Positions 17,563 through 27,347 of a DNA stretch of 38,228 nt are shown here, in pieces. The notes beneath the pieces were generated by a model that was not told the DNA's origin, searched no databases, and saw only the letters and a list, made by a program, of their open reading frames with translations. Position numbers and translations under genes: made by a program. The DNA is from a virus: positions 1 to 38,228 of IMG/VR virus record IMGVR_UViG_3300029206_000010; one strand, given 5' to 3'. Positions within the stretch are counted from its first letter, which is position 1. Each line of letters opens with the position of its first letter.

Positions 17563-17864
17563 TGGCGCGGCAGGTCGCGATTTATCCCAAGGCGACGCCC
17601 GAACAGATGACGGCTTTAGCCCTCGCGGTGAACGGCGCTATCGCGGGCGAAACACTGAATACAGGAATGTTTCAGGCCGCAGCGGGAAAGAAGACTGTGC
17701 AGGATCCGCGGTGCCGCGCTGGGCGTGTGGCAATGCTCGTCCCGCTCAACGAGGACGCGGCGGAGATGACATGGTACCTTTCGGCTATGACGAAGGGGTC
17801 AATGAGTTTCACAATCGCAGGGACGGGAGTCGGTCTCTGGGCATGGCTGATTTTCGGAAGCTAG
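17562..17864 (+). CDS. hypothetical protein
   Basis: 100 aa; coupled start. Confidence 0.45.
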   Translation: MARQVAIYPKATPEQMTALALAVNGAIAGETLNTGMFQAAAGKKTVQDPRCRAGRVAMLVPLNEDAAEMTWYLSAMTKGSMSFTIAGTGVGLWAWLIFGS

Positions 17865-17876
17865 AGGAGAAGAAAT

Positions 17877-18269
17877 ATGATGACGCAATATAACAATCCC
17901 TTTCTCAGGCAAAACGGCCTCCAGCAGGGGCAGATAGGCGCGGCCACCACGGGACAGTATTCCCGCCCCGCGGGAACGGTTACGCCTCCGGTTACTCAGC
18001 AGGGCGGCGGCGCCGGATTTCAGCAGATGCAGGCGCCCGGTATGGCCACGCAGCAGGGCAGCGGCCTGAACGGCGTTATGAGCACTGTGGGGAGTATAGG
18101 CGGCCTTCTTGGCATGATGAATGGAAACGGCAGGCTCACTTCCGGTCAAAGTCAGGTGCTTGGCAACGCCGGTATGGGCGGCGCTGTTGGTTCTCTCTTC
18201 GGCCCCACGGGCGCCGCTGTAGGCGCCGGCATGGGCGCGCTTAACGGTCTTCTTGGAGGGTTGTTCTAA
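17877..18269 (+). CDS. Gly/Gln-rich low-complexity virion protein
   Basis: RBS gaggagaagaaatATG; GxxxG-rich. Confidence 0.5.
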   Translation: MMTQYNNPFLRQNGLQQGQIGAATTGQYSRPAGTVTPPVTQQGGGAGFQQMQAPGMATQQGSGLNGVMSTVGSIGGLLGMMNGNGRLTSGQSQVLGNAGMGGAVGSLFGPTGAAVGAGMGALNGLLGGLF

Positions 18270-18766
18270 TGGCAGGCTCCGGTTTTTCCAGAAACAACAC
18301 GCCGCAGTACGGCGGCCTTTACAAGACGCCCGCCGGCAAAACTACCGCGGCCGCAGGCGCTGGCGGCGCTATCCCCCGCGTACAGGCTCCGGCCGTATCC
18401 GTCCCCAATGACCCGCCCGTTGATCTTGCCGGCCTCGGGGGGCTCCTCTATTTCATGGGGCAGGGGGCGCCGGCGTATATGAGTGTGAGCGTTCCCGACC
18501 CACAGTATCAGCGGCAGGGGACGGCACAGCAGGCCACTGAAGGCGCTGCGCAGATGACGCCGGAAGATAAGGCGGCCATGGAGCGATCCGGCCTTCGTCC
18601 TGAATACGGGCTCCACCTGAACAGGACGTTGTACATGCCTTACACGGGGGAAGCTGTGCCGCCCGGCACAAACCCCACGTACTATGATCGTAACGGGGAC
18701 ACGATGCCCGGTCCTGATGCCGGATGGCTTGAGCGGGCAAAATACAATCTCGGGAAGTGGTTCTAA
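18269..18766 (+). CDS. hypothetical virion protein
   Basis: ATGA-type coupling; 165 aa. Confidence 0.45.
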   Translation: MAGSGFSRNNTPQYGGLYKTPAGKTTAAAGAGGAIPRVQAPAVSVPNDPPVDLAGLGGLLYFMGQGAPAYMSVSVPDPQYQRQGTAQQATEGAAQMTPEDKAAMERSGLRPEYGLHLNRTLYMPYTGEAVPPGTNPTYYDRNGDTMPGPDAGWLERAKYNLGKWF

Positions 18767-19311
18767 TGGGGCTTAGGTACACATTTATTGATGACATGAG
18801 CAATCGGGGGCTTGCCTGCTTCTGGAAGCTGGCTACAGACAGCGGCAGGCTCCCGCAGTTCTTCTATGACCGGCCTAATGTTTCTCTGCCGGACTTCATC
18901 CGCTGGTGCCGGAACGGCAGCAATCTGCCGTACTTCATCAGCCTTGGCGATGAAATGCTCGCGATGTGCGCGTTAAACAGCCTGCACGGGAAAACAGCAT
19001 GGGGGCACTTTTGCGTCCTCCCCTGCGGAGTGAGACGCTACGAGGGAATGCCGCTCCAGATCGCTGTGTGTGTAGGAATGCTCGCCCAATGGCTCTATGC
19101 CAGGGACGGCGACGCCTACGCTCTTGACCGTGTACTCGGAAGCACGCCTGCAGCCAACCGTCCGGCCCTGAAAGCTGCCCACCTCATGGGCGGTCATGAT
19201 GTGGCGGTTGTGCCCGGTTCGTGCTACATCTACAGCAGGCGTCAAAATATTGACGGTATAGTGACAGAGCATACAAGACTGACGGTTCCGGTGTCGGGGC
19301 TGGATTTATAA
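18757..19311 (+). CDS. hypothetical protein (Cys/His-containing, 184 aa)
   Basis: ORF in operon context. Confidence 0.45.
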   Translation: MVLMGLRYTFIDDMSNRGLACFWKLATDSGRLPQFFYDRPNVSLPDFIRWCRNGSNLPYFISLGDEMLAMCALNSLHGKTAWGHFCVLPCGVRRYEGMPLQIAVCVGMLAQWLYARDGDAYALDRVLGSTPAANRPALKAAHLMGGHDVAVVPGSCYIYSRRQNIDGIVTEHTRLTVPVSGLDL

Positions 19312-19326
19312 AACGGAGGTGTCACC

Positions 19327-20181
19327 ATGGGAGGTGGCGGCGGCGGGAAAGGCGGTGGTGGAGAATCCACTACCACCAGCAGTGCGGCTCCTTGGGGGGC
19401 CCAAATCCCCTATCTTATCGGGGGCAAAAATTCTCAGGGTGTAGAGGTCAAAGGCGTCTTCCCCGAAGCGGCACGGCTTTATGAATCGGGCGGCCTCGCT
19501 GGGGAGTATTATCCCGGCCAGACGGTAGCCGATGAATCGGGGTACACGACTACCGCCCGCAACATGATTAACGCCCGCGCGACGGGCGGCGATGCGAATA
19601 TAGATAACGCGGCGTCCAGTATGGCTAACATACTGAGCGGCTCGGCTATGGCGAATAATACGGGCCTGAACGCGCTTAACCAGTACGCGCAGTCCACGAA
19701 CCCGTATATCGATAGCCTGTACAGCCATGCGGCTGACAAGGCGAACGCCACAATCAACGGCAATTTCTCTCAGGCTGGAAGGTTCGGTAGCGGAGCGCAG
19801 GCGAACGCCATTGCGGACGCTGACCAGAACCTGGCTAACGGGATGTACAGTAACGCGTACAATCAGGCCGTGAGCGCGGCTGGCAACGCCGCTAACGCCT
19901 ACAATCAGGGCGTGAACTCCCAGATTGCCGCGGCAAGCCCCGCGCAGGCCCTGAGCAATCAGGCCTATACGGACGCCTCGCAGCTCGCTCAGGCCGGCTC
20001 TTCCCTCGACGACTACAACCAGAGCAGAGTTGACGCTGACGTTGACCGCTGGAACTACAATCAGCAGAAAGACATGCTCGCGTTGCAGAACTATCTTAAT
20101 TTGGTCGGCGGCTCCTATGGCGGTCAGGGCGAAAGCACGACCGAAACAGACAGCGGCGGCGGCAAGGGAGGCGGAAAGTAA
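19327..20181 (+). CDS. internal virion/ejection protein with Gly-rich termini
   Basis: MGGGGGGKGGGGEST... and ...DSGGGKGGGK; Asn/Ala/Gln-rich. Confidence 0.5.
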   Translation: MGGGGGGKGGGGESTTTSSAAPWGAQIPYLIGGKNSQGVEVKGVFPEAARLYESGGLAGEYYPGQTVADESGYTTTARNMINARATGGDANIDNAASSMANILSGSAMANNTGLNALNQYAQSTNPYIDSLYSHAADKANATINGNFSQAGRFGSGAQANAIADADQNLANGMYSNAYNQAVSAAGNAANAYNQGVNSQIAAASPAQALSNQAYTDASQLAQAGSSLDDYNQSRVDADVDRWNYNQQKDMLALQNYLNLVGGSYGGQGESTTETDSGGGKGGGK

Positions 20182-21977
20182 TGTACCCGTATGACAACAA
20201 CGGGCAAGCTACAGGCGGGCTTCTCGGAATGTGGGGCGGGCAGCCCGCCCCCAAAAATATGTCCATGGCTGACGTGGTTTCTGGAAACCCCGGCTTCCTT
20301 GCCGGCGTGACGGCCCTTTCCATGCTCGCCAACAACAACGGCAGGCGCTCTTTCGGCCAGCTCCTCGGACGTGGCGGGCTGGATGCCTTAGGCGCGCTCG
20401 GCAACGCCGGTATGTACGGCCTCCAGCGTGACCGTATGGCCACGCAGGACGCTTTAGCCCGCGCCCAGTGGGAAGCGTCCAGAGCAGACAGAGGCCTTGC
20501 CAACGCAATATCTCTCGGGCAGTTCCAGCTTGCCCAGCAGAAACTCGGGCTGGCTCAACAGCAGATGCAGAGAGACGCCGCTGAACGCAATCTGTATTAC
20601 GGCCTGATGGGGATTAATCCGTACAGCGCGCCCGGGTTCACCGGGAATGGACAGGGAGATATGGATCCCCTAAAAATGCCCCGTATTCCCGATGCTCCGG
20701 CTATGCCTGCGGGAACGCTTCCGCCTAAAAGCCAGCGCCCCGCGGGCCCTGACGGCGCGCCGCTCGACAAAGCGGCCATGACGAACAACCCCGGGAACGT
20801 GGGCAATTTCGGCGACCAGATAAGAGTTTACCCGAACATGCTTGAAGGTCTGAAGGGCATGCGCGCTAACCTTCTTTCTCCCGCCTACGCTAAAAATCCG
20901 ACTGTAGCCGCTATCATATCCCGGTGGAGCCCCTCCAACGAGAACGACACAAGCGCGCTTATCAAAGATACGGCGGCCATGATGGGCGTTGACCCCAACC
21001 AGCCGCTTGATCTCAATGATCCGCAGACGATGAAACGCCTGATGATGTCGCTTACCGTGAACGAAGGTTCGTACAAATATGTTCCGGCAGATGAATTCGA
21101 CATGGCCGTTGGGCTGAAACCCGTTCCGGCCGGCTACAGGTCTGTAGACTACCGCGGAAATCAGCAGGCGCAGAACGGGGCACCGTACAGCGGCGGAACG
21201 GGCGGCGTCTCTCCTAATTTCATGGCGGCTGCGTCTTTACCCGGAGATTATGGCGCGGCGGCCGGGCGTGTTGCCGGCCTCCAGCAACAGCAGGAAAAGA
21301 ACGATCTCGACAGAAAAAAATTCGATTTTGAGCGGGAAAAGGCAAGCCCGGGCTACCTGTTCAACCAAAAGCTGGCGGAGAAAAGCGCTGATTATTATGA
21401 CAGTCTCAATGAGGACGCGGCCGCGAAAGACGAAATGATAACAAATGTTGAAACGCTAAAATCTTTAATTGCGAATCTGAAATCCGGCCCGTTGCAGGAT
21501 AAAATAGACCTGGCTAACCAGTTCCTGCATAAGATAGGGCTCTCGGGGAACCTTATCGGCGCAAACGATGTACGGGATGCGGACGCCCTCCAATACCTGA
21601 TTAATAAGAACGTATTCAACGTTCTTCTAGAGCAGAAAGGCGCTGCATCAGATAAAGATTCTGATAACGCCCGAAAAACGTTTGTCAGACTTGAGAATTC
21701 CCCTGAAGGCGCTAATTGGATAGCGCAGTATATGTTTAACATCGCTACCCTCGGGAAAGAAAAAGATATGTTCCTGATTGATCAAATGCGCAAAAATGGC
21801 GGTGATCGGTACGCGGCTATGCGGGCGTGGGATAAGTATAAAAAGACACTCCCTTCCGTAGTTCCCCCCGCTCCGGAGCGTGTAACCAGAACTAGCGCCT
21901 CTGCCTCCGCCACCTCTCCTTCCGGCGGCCGCCACTACCGCTACGACCCCGCAACAGGGAACCTCGTGGAGAAATAA
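20181..21977 (+). CDS. internal virion/ejection protein (598 aa)
   Basis: Size/order analogous to podovirus ejection proteins. Confidence 0.5.
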   Translation: MYPYDNNGQATGGLLGMWGGQPAPKNMSMADVVSGNPGFLAGVTALSMLANNNGRRSFGQLLGRGGLDALGALGNAGMYGLQRDRMATQDALARAQWEASRADRGLANAISLGQFQLAQQKLGLAQQQMQRDAAERNLYYGLMGINPYSAPGFTGNGQGDMDPLKMPRIPDAPAMPAGTLPPKSQRPAGPDGAPLDKAAMTNNPGNVGNFGDQIRVYPNMLEGLKGMRANLLSPAYAKNPTVAAIISRWSPSNENDTSALIKDTAAMMGVDPNQPLDLNDPQTMKRLMMSLTVNEGSYKYVPADEFDMAVGLKPVPAGYRSVDYRGNQQAQNGAPYSGGTGGVSPNFMAAASLPGDYGAAAGRVAGLQQQQEKNDLDRKKFDFEREKASPGYLFNQKLAEKSADYYDSLNEDAAAKDEMITNVETLKSLIANLKSGPLQDKIDLANQFLHKIGLSGNLIGANDVRDADALQYLINKNVFNVLLEQKGAASDKDSDNARKTFVRLENSPEGANWIAQYMFNIATLGKEKDMFLIDQMRKNGGDRYAAMRAWDKYKKTLPSVVPPAPERVTRTSASASATSPSGGRHYRYDPATGNLVEK

Positions 21978-24290
21978 ATGACGACTGTTGACCTCCCCAA
22001 CGGAGACACAATTCAGTTCCCCGATGACACGCCGAACGATATTATAACGAAAGTCGTAAAACAGCACGTGGGGGCTTACGGCTCTGCCGCCCAACAGCCC
22101 GCAACAGGGCTGAAACGGTCTGCCGGGCTGGCCGCCCGCACGGGCATTGAGGGCCTGTTAGGTGGCGTCACGGGCCTGCCTAACTACATTGCCAACCTCG
22201 GGAGCGGCCTCCTTACGGGCAACTACAACCGGTTCCGTAACCCGGGCGTGGATATTGCAAACGCTATCGGTCTGCCCACCCCCGAAAGTAACGAAGAGAA
22301 AATGGCCCATGCGGCGGGCTCTGGAGCAATTGAAATGGGTGCGCCTGCTGGCATGCTCAACAGCGCCTTTAAGGCGGGCAAAGCCCTGTCCCAAGCGGCG
22401 CCCGCTCTTTCCCGCCTCCTGACGGACGCTCCACGCATGCAGATGACAAGCGGCGCCGGCGCGGGCGCGGCCGCTGAACTCGCGAACCAGAATAACAGTA
22501 CCCCCGGTATGAGAGCTTTTACCGGTATGGCAGGTGGGTTTCTCCCCGCGTTCGCCGCTCCGGCTGGGCGTCTCGGCGCGGTTACACTGGCGAAGTCTCT
22601 CGGGGATATGCGGGACATCGCACGCTCCTTCTCGGCAGGCGGAAGGCGTCAGCTCGCCGGACGCGTGCTCAACGAAGCGGCGGGCTCTGCTGCCGAACGC
22701 ATCGCCAATATGGACAATGCCGCTCTCGCTCCGCTCGTGGAAGGGAGTGAACCTACCCTTGGGCAGGTGGCGGACAATGGCGGTATCTCTTCTCTGGAAA
22801 AGATCGCCGAAAGCCGCGGTGTAAACTCCGGGAAGTTCGCCGATCGCCGGGTGTCTCAGCGTGAGGCCCAACAGGCCCTCACAAACAGTGTAGGCGATGC
22901 GGCCGCGGCCCGTCTGGATGCTGACAGACAGGCGCTTGCAAACAAAATGCCCGCGGGCATGGGTGCCAGTGAGGCAGGCCCGATACTGCGTGAACACTAT
23001 GACCAGAATTACCGCGCGGCGCGGGATTCCGTGAACCGCAATTACCAGTCCGTTGACCCTGAAGGAACGGCGCGTTTCGTTCTCGGACCTCTGCTTGATA
23101 AATTTAACGCTTCGCTTGGGACGTCTCCCATTGAGCGGGACCTTATGCCTGCGCAGGCTAAAAACTTCTACAACACAGTCGGCGCTTACGCCAAAACCGG
23201 CACACCCGCCACGTGGCGGGACCTTCAGGCGATGCGCTCTGAATTAGGCGACATTGGCTATCAGTCTTCCGTGTCCGGCGACCGGAAGACGGGCCGGATT
23301 GCTGACGCGATGAAGCATAACATCGATGATTATATCAATACCGCGTCCGGTCTTACCCCTGAGGGGGTACAAAACCTCCGGGTGGCGCGTATGAGCCGCC
23401 GCGCCCTTGGTGAAAACTTCGAGCAGGGGGCTAATCTCCCTCTGTCCCGCAAAGGCAGTAAGCTGTACGGCGGCGCAATCGACAGTTCCGCAATCCCCGG
23501 TAATTATTTCCGGAAAGGGCCTGCTGGCGGTGAAGCTATGGATGCTTTTAGCCGGGCATTCTCCAATGACCCAGAAGCTAGGGACGCTATTACCGGCTAC
23601 GCACAAAACGTTGCCCGTAACGCCGCAATCGACAAAAACGGGAACCTTAACCCGTATAACCTTGCCCGTTTCCGTTCAAACTATGAAGACGCCCTCCGGT
23701 ATATGCCGGAAGTGAACAATGACCTCCAGACGCTTGAGGCTTCCGGACGCGGACTGAATGACCGCGAGGCCGTATTCAAACAAACACTGCGTAAAAGCGG
23801 TGACAACTACGCCCTCCAGAGAGGCGTTGACCTCGGGGCACCAGAACGAAACCCTTACGAGAACGGGGGCGGTACCTTCACGCCTGAAGAGTATGACAGC
23901 CTCCGCTCCCTGCAGGCTGACCAGGAACGCCTCTCCCGCAATGAGCGGCTGGGCGCTACGTCCGGCTCCCCCACAGCCAGAAACCTGTATGGCCGTGACC
24001 GGCTCGGCAGCACCATCACTCCTACCTTTTCCAGAGTCCCGCTTTTCGGACCGTCTCTTGACCGCATGCTGGAAGGGCTCAACACGCAGGTTTTTGACGA
24101 GGTCGAGAGCGGCCTGCTCTCGCCTATGTACGGCACCAGCCTCATGCGTGGAGCTGCTCCGCAGCGGGTGGGCTACCCGGACTGGGCACCGTACCTCCGC
24201 AGTGTGAGGGATAATGCCGCAAGGGCTTCCGCCGGCGGCGGTCTTCTCGGATACATGCGGCAGGATAAAAAGAAGAAAAAGGAGAAGTAG
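21978..24290 (+). CDS. large internal virion/ejection protein (770 aa), poly-Lys C-terminus
   Basis: TAAATG coupling; ends MRQDKKKKKEK. Confidence 0.55.
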   Translation: MTTVDLPNGDTIQFPDDTPNDIITKVVKQHVGAYGSAAQQPATGLKRSAGLAARTGIEGLLGGVTGLPNYIANLGSGLLTGNYNRFRNPGVDIANAIGLPTPESNEEKMAHAAGSGAIEMGAPAGMLNSAFKAGKALSQAAPALSRLLTDAPRMQMTSGAGAGAAAELANQNNSTPGMRAFTGMAGGFLPAFAAPAGRLGAVTLAKSLGDMRDIARSFSAGGRRQLAGRVLNEAAGSAAERIANMDNAALAPLVEGSEPTLGQVADNGGISSLEKIAESRGVNSGKFADRRVSQREAQQALTNSVGDAAAARLDADRQALANKMPAGMGASEAGPILREHYDQNYRAARDSVNRNYQSVDPEGTARFVLGPLLDKFNASLGTSPIERDLMPAQAKNFYNTVGAYAKTGTPATWRDLQAMRSELGDIGYQSSVSGDRKTGRIADAMKHNIDDYINTASGLTPEGVQNLRVARMSRRALGENFEQGANLPLSRKGSKLYGGAIDSSAIPGNYFRKGPAGGEAMDAFSRAFSNDPEARDAITGYAQNVARNAAIDKNGNLNPYNLARFRSNYEDALRYMPEVNNDLQTLEASGRGLNDREAVFKQTLRKSGDNYALQRGVDLGAPERNPYENGGGTFTPEEYDSLRSLQADQERLSRNERLGATSGSPTARNLYGRDRLGSTITPTFSRVPLFGPSLDRMLEGLNTQVFDEVESGLLSPMYGTSLMRGAAPQRVGYPDWAPYLRSVRDNAARASAGGGLLGYMRQDKKKKKEK

Positions 24291-24959
24291 ATGCCCATAG
24301 CAGACTACAGCACCACAGCAGACAACAACACCTCCATTAGCGGCATTAATGTTGCTGAGGGGTGCCTGCCCTCCAATGTCAATAACGCGATTAGGCAGCT
24401 GATGGCGGATATTGCGCAGGAGCACGCCGATGTAGCGGCGAAAGTCGAATCAGCGCTTAAACAGATAACCGACGTTTCCGGGGCCCTCGACAAACACAAG
24501 GTTCCCAAGGGCACGATCGCGCTCTGGAGCGGCACAACGGCGGATATTCCCACTGGGTGGGCCCTCTGCAACGGACAGGGCGGCACAAAAGACCTGCGCA
24601 ATCGTTTTGTTGTTGGCGCGGGAGGCGGTTATAAAACCGACGACACCGGCGGCAACGCAAGCGTTACGCCTTCTGGCTCAATATCTGTGTCCGTAGGCTC
24701 TCATGTCCTGTCATGGAATGAGATGCCGTCACATAACCACTGGGTCAGCCGGCAGGGTGCCCATGGCGGCTCGTGGTACAATGGCAGTGGGTGGCTGACA
24801 ACAATCAGCAGTCACGATTGGGGCAACTACAACGTATACAGTTCCAATTCAGGGTCATCATGGGGGCACAACCACAGTGCTTGGGGGACGTACACAGGCA
24901 GCAGCTTCGATAACCGGCCTCCTTTTTACGCGCTCTGTTTTATCCAGAAGGTGGTGTAA
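24291..24959 (+). CDS. tail fibre protein with C-terminal phage tail-collar domain
   Basis: GTIALWSGTTADIPTGWALCNGQGGTKDLRNRFVVGAG..PSHNHW..HNHSAW..NRPPFYALCFIQ collar motifs; N-terminus shared with 25939 paralog. Confidence 0.75.
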   Translation: MPIADYSTTADNNTSISGINVAEGCLPSNVNNAIRQLMADIAQEHADVAAKVESALKQITDVSGALDKHKVPKGTIALWSGTTADIPTGWALCNGQGGTKDLRNRFVVGAGGGYKTDDTGGNASVTPSGSISVSVGSHVLSWNEMPSHNHWVSRQGAHGGSWYNGSGWLTTISSHDWGNYNVYSSNSGSSWGHNHSAWGTYTGSSFDNRPPFYALCFIQKVV

Positions 24960-25457
24960 ATGAAATTCGTGTTTGTTGCAGGAATTCCCGCCTCGGGCAA
25001 GTCAACGTACTGCGGAGGCCGGGATGCGGCGGTTTTTTCGTTCGATTCCTGGCTATCCCGTCACTATGGAGAGGCTGACGTGGAGAAGGCCGGATGGATG
25101 TTCATCACAGACCCGCAAGGGCTTGATGAGTATCTTGACGCTGTAGCCAAAGCCTGGAAATGCATAGCAGACTTTGATTTTTATCTTGACGACGGCGCCG
25201 TAGATAAAGAACGCCGCAAGGCTATAGTCGCGGGCCTGAAAGAGCGGGGCATTGACCATATCCATTGCGTCTACCTGCTCTGTCCTATGTACGAAGCCGC
25301 CGAGCGCAACATTTCCAGAAAGTGGCCTATCAGCAGGGATAATTTCTATCAGGCATGCACGCGGCAGGAGTACCCGACAGAGGATGAGGGGTTCGATTCT
25401 GTTAAATTTGTAGTCACTGGGGGAAAAAGTGAAAATCACGGTCGTTATTCCCGATAA
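24960..25457 (+). CDS. P-loop kinase-like ATPase (AAA_33/polynucleotide-kinase-like)
   Basis: Walker A GIPASGKST; 165 aa; between tail fibre and its chaperone. Confidence 0.6.
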   Translation: MKFVFVAGIPASGKSTYCGGRDAAVFSFDSWLSRHYGEADVEKAGWMFITDPQGLDEYLDAVAKAWKCIADFDFYLDDGAVDKERRKAIVAGLKERGIDHIHCVYLLCPMYEAAERNISRKWPISRDNFYQACTRQEYPTEDEGFDSVKFVVTGGKSENHGRYSR

Positions 25458-25935
25458 AACTGTAGTAGTGGACGGCGTAGGGTATACCGTTGCCATGCCT
25501 AGCGTGGCTGAAGCGGAAGCCTTTTATTCTATCGTCTGGGACGGAGAAAAGGGTGAAGCCGACAGGGACGACGGCACTGAGCCGGTTAAGCTGACACGGG
25601 AGGATTACGGGCGTTTCGTGTACCCGTACTATCTGGCTTGGCAGAATGCCAAAGCCGCCGCCGATAAAGAAGCCGAGATTGCTAAAGAGGCGGCTTGGGC
25701 GATGTATAATTCTCCCGAAGCACTCTGGCACAGATTACGGAAGGAACGCAACAAACGCCTTGCAGAGACGGATTACGTTTTTGCGCCTGATTACCCGGCG
25801 CTTACCTCTGAGAGCTTGGACGCAGTGAAGAGTTATCGGCAGGCGCTTCGGGATCTGCCTTCCCATCCCGGCGCACCGTGGACGGATGAGACTGTACCGT
25901 GGCCGGATAAGCCCGCCGTTGCGAAGGAGGGCTAA
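25429..25935 (+). CDS. tail fibre assembly chaperone (Tfa/DUF4376-like C-terminus)
   Basis: C-terminal YRQALRDLPSHPGAPW..VPWPDKP signature; GTG start. Confidence 0.55.
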   Translation: MKITVVIPDKTVVVDGVGYTVAMPSVAEAEAFYSIVWDGEKGEADRDDGTEPVKLTREDYGRFVYPYYLAWQNAKAAADKEAEIAKEAAWAMYNSPEALWHRLRKERNKRLAETDYVFAPDYPALTSESLDAVKSYRQALRDLPSHPGAPWTDETVPWPDKPAVAKEG

Positions 25936-25938
25936 AGC

Positions 25939-26736
25939 ATGCCTGTTCAGGATTGGTCGGCAACCGCCGATGAAAACACGTCCATTGACGGAATTAACAT
26001 TGCCGAGCACTGCCCGGCAAAAAATATGAATGACGCGCTAAGGGCGGTCATGGCTTCTGTCAAAGAGAACGACGCCTCAGTAGTGCACACTGCGGGCGAC
26101 GAAACCATTACCGGCGCTAAGACATTTACTGAAAAACTGTTTCTGGCACCTAAAGAAGACGACCGATGGTTGCAGACATATATCTACGGTGCGGAGAACG
26201 CTCTTAGTCTCAAAATTCAGAACCGGACAATAGATTCGATAACTGACTCTACTGGTTATCCAGCAAGAAGTTCCATTACATTACAAGGGGATGACTCTGG
26301 TCAGGGCCGTTTTTCTCTCTTGGCGCAGAGCAAATATGATACTACTAATAAAAGATACTATCAGTATACGCTGTCAGGTACATCTGATGGAGGGTTAACA
26401 TGGACTGGCGGGAATTATTCCTCTTTAGGGGAAATAGAGATTGTCGATTCATCGAATTTTTCAAGTGATATAGAATATATTCGTTATTCTAGTGGCCTGC
26501 AAATATGTTGGGGGTATGTGAACCTTAATGGCCCGATTACAGCCACAAATAAACGGGTGACTTTCCCGGTCGCGTTCATTACAAAACCAGCCATTCTGAC
26601 AACGTACAATGCCAACGCAGGGAATACACCTATAGGCATTGGATGGGAGAGCCCAACCGCATTCTCAATAGGCACGGTGAATAGCGCCGGCAGTACCAGT
26701 ATTACATCATGGATTGCTATCGGGCCTTGGAAATAG
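25939..26736 (+). CDS. second tail fibre/receptor-binding protein; conserved N-terminal anchor, low-GC divergent C-terminal domain
   Basis: MPVQDWSATADENTSIDGINIAEHC vs MPIADYSTTADNNTSISGINVAEGC in 24291 paralog; C-terminal two-thirds about 40-45% GC. Confidence 0.7.
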   Translation: MPVQDWSATADENTSIDGINIAEHCPAKNMNDALRAVMASVKENDASVVHTAGDETITGAKTFTEKLFLAPKEDDRWLQTYIYGAENALSLKIQNRTIDSITDSTGYPARSSITLQGDDSGQGRFSLLAQSKYDTTNKRYYQYTLSGTSDGGLTWTGGNYSSLGEIEIVDSSNFSSDIEYIRYSSGLQICWGYVNLNGPITATNKRVTFPVAFITKPAILTTYNANAGNTPIGIGWESPTAFSIGTVNSAGSTSITSWIAIGPWK

Positions 26737-26745
26737 GAGATATGT

Positions 26746-27102
26746 ATGACTTTTGAACCTTCACAGATTTTTGTCGGCGAATATCCCCCGGAAGCTGCCG
26801 AATGGTGCAACAATAGCGGCATATACCATATCGAAGAAATCGCCCCTGATAACAGTCAGAGGCGTTTTCAGATTGTTGAGAACCCTCAACCTACTCCTGA
26901 AGAACTAGCTGAGCAGGAGAGGCTTCATAAACAGGCCGAGGCAGAGGCGGCCCGAGTGCCCGACCTTGAGGCCGCTGTGGCGGAACTGGGCATTACGACC
27001 TCCTCCGACAAAGACGAGTCGGACGAAGCTGCCCTTGACCTCGCCGCCTACGCGGCTGAACTTGAACAGCGTATTGCGAAACTGGAGGCAAAAAATGGCT
27101 AA
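26746..27102 (+). CDS. hypothetical acidic coiled-coil protein
   Basis: 118 aa; downstream of fibre. Confidence 0.45.
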   Translation: MTFEPSQIFVGEYPPEAAEWCNNSGIYHIEEIAPDNSQRRFQIVENPQPTPEELAEQERLHKQAEAEAARVPDLEAAVAELGITTSSDKDESDEAALDLAAYAAELEQRIAKLEAKNG

Positions 27103-27202
27103 AATTTACTACAGAATGATTAAGACCGGACGCATGACCATTGACGAGGTTCCCACCCGCTGGAGAGCAGCTGTGCAGACCCTTCTCGACGCGGACGAAT
27201 AA
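27095..27202 (+). CDS. XkdX-like small phage protein (35 aa)
   Basis: MAKIYYRMIKTGRMTIDEVPTRWRAAVQTLLDADE; GGAGG RBS 6 nt upstream; typical location after tail-fibre genes. Confidence 0.4.
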   Translation: MAKIYYRMIKTGRMTIDEVPTRWRAAVQTLLDADE

Positions 27203-27347
27203 CCCCAAAGGAAAGGCCTATAAAGGAGGATACGATAGAATACATTTTAACAATACTCACAGTAGCATTTATAACGCCGGCGGAGGTACCGCACACAACA
27301 ACATGCCGCCTTATGTGTCGGTTTATGCTTGGAAGAGGATTTCATAA
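27203..27347 (+). pseudogene. remnant of a tail-fibre C-terminus (collar-domain end ...HFNNTHSSIYNAGGGTAHNNMPPYVSVYAWKRIS*) lacking its 5' part
   Basis: Collar-domain terminal signature (H.H..GGG.AHNN.PPY) in frame 27141; no upstream fibre body. Confidence 0.5.

Noticed and set aside
22158-24425. Minus-strand ORFs 22158..22997 and 23676..24425
   Set aside because: Antisense to the 770-aa virion protein. No RBS. Compositionally a shadow.
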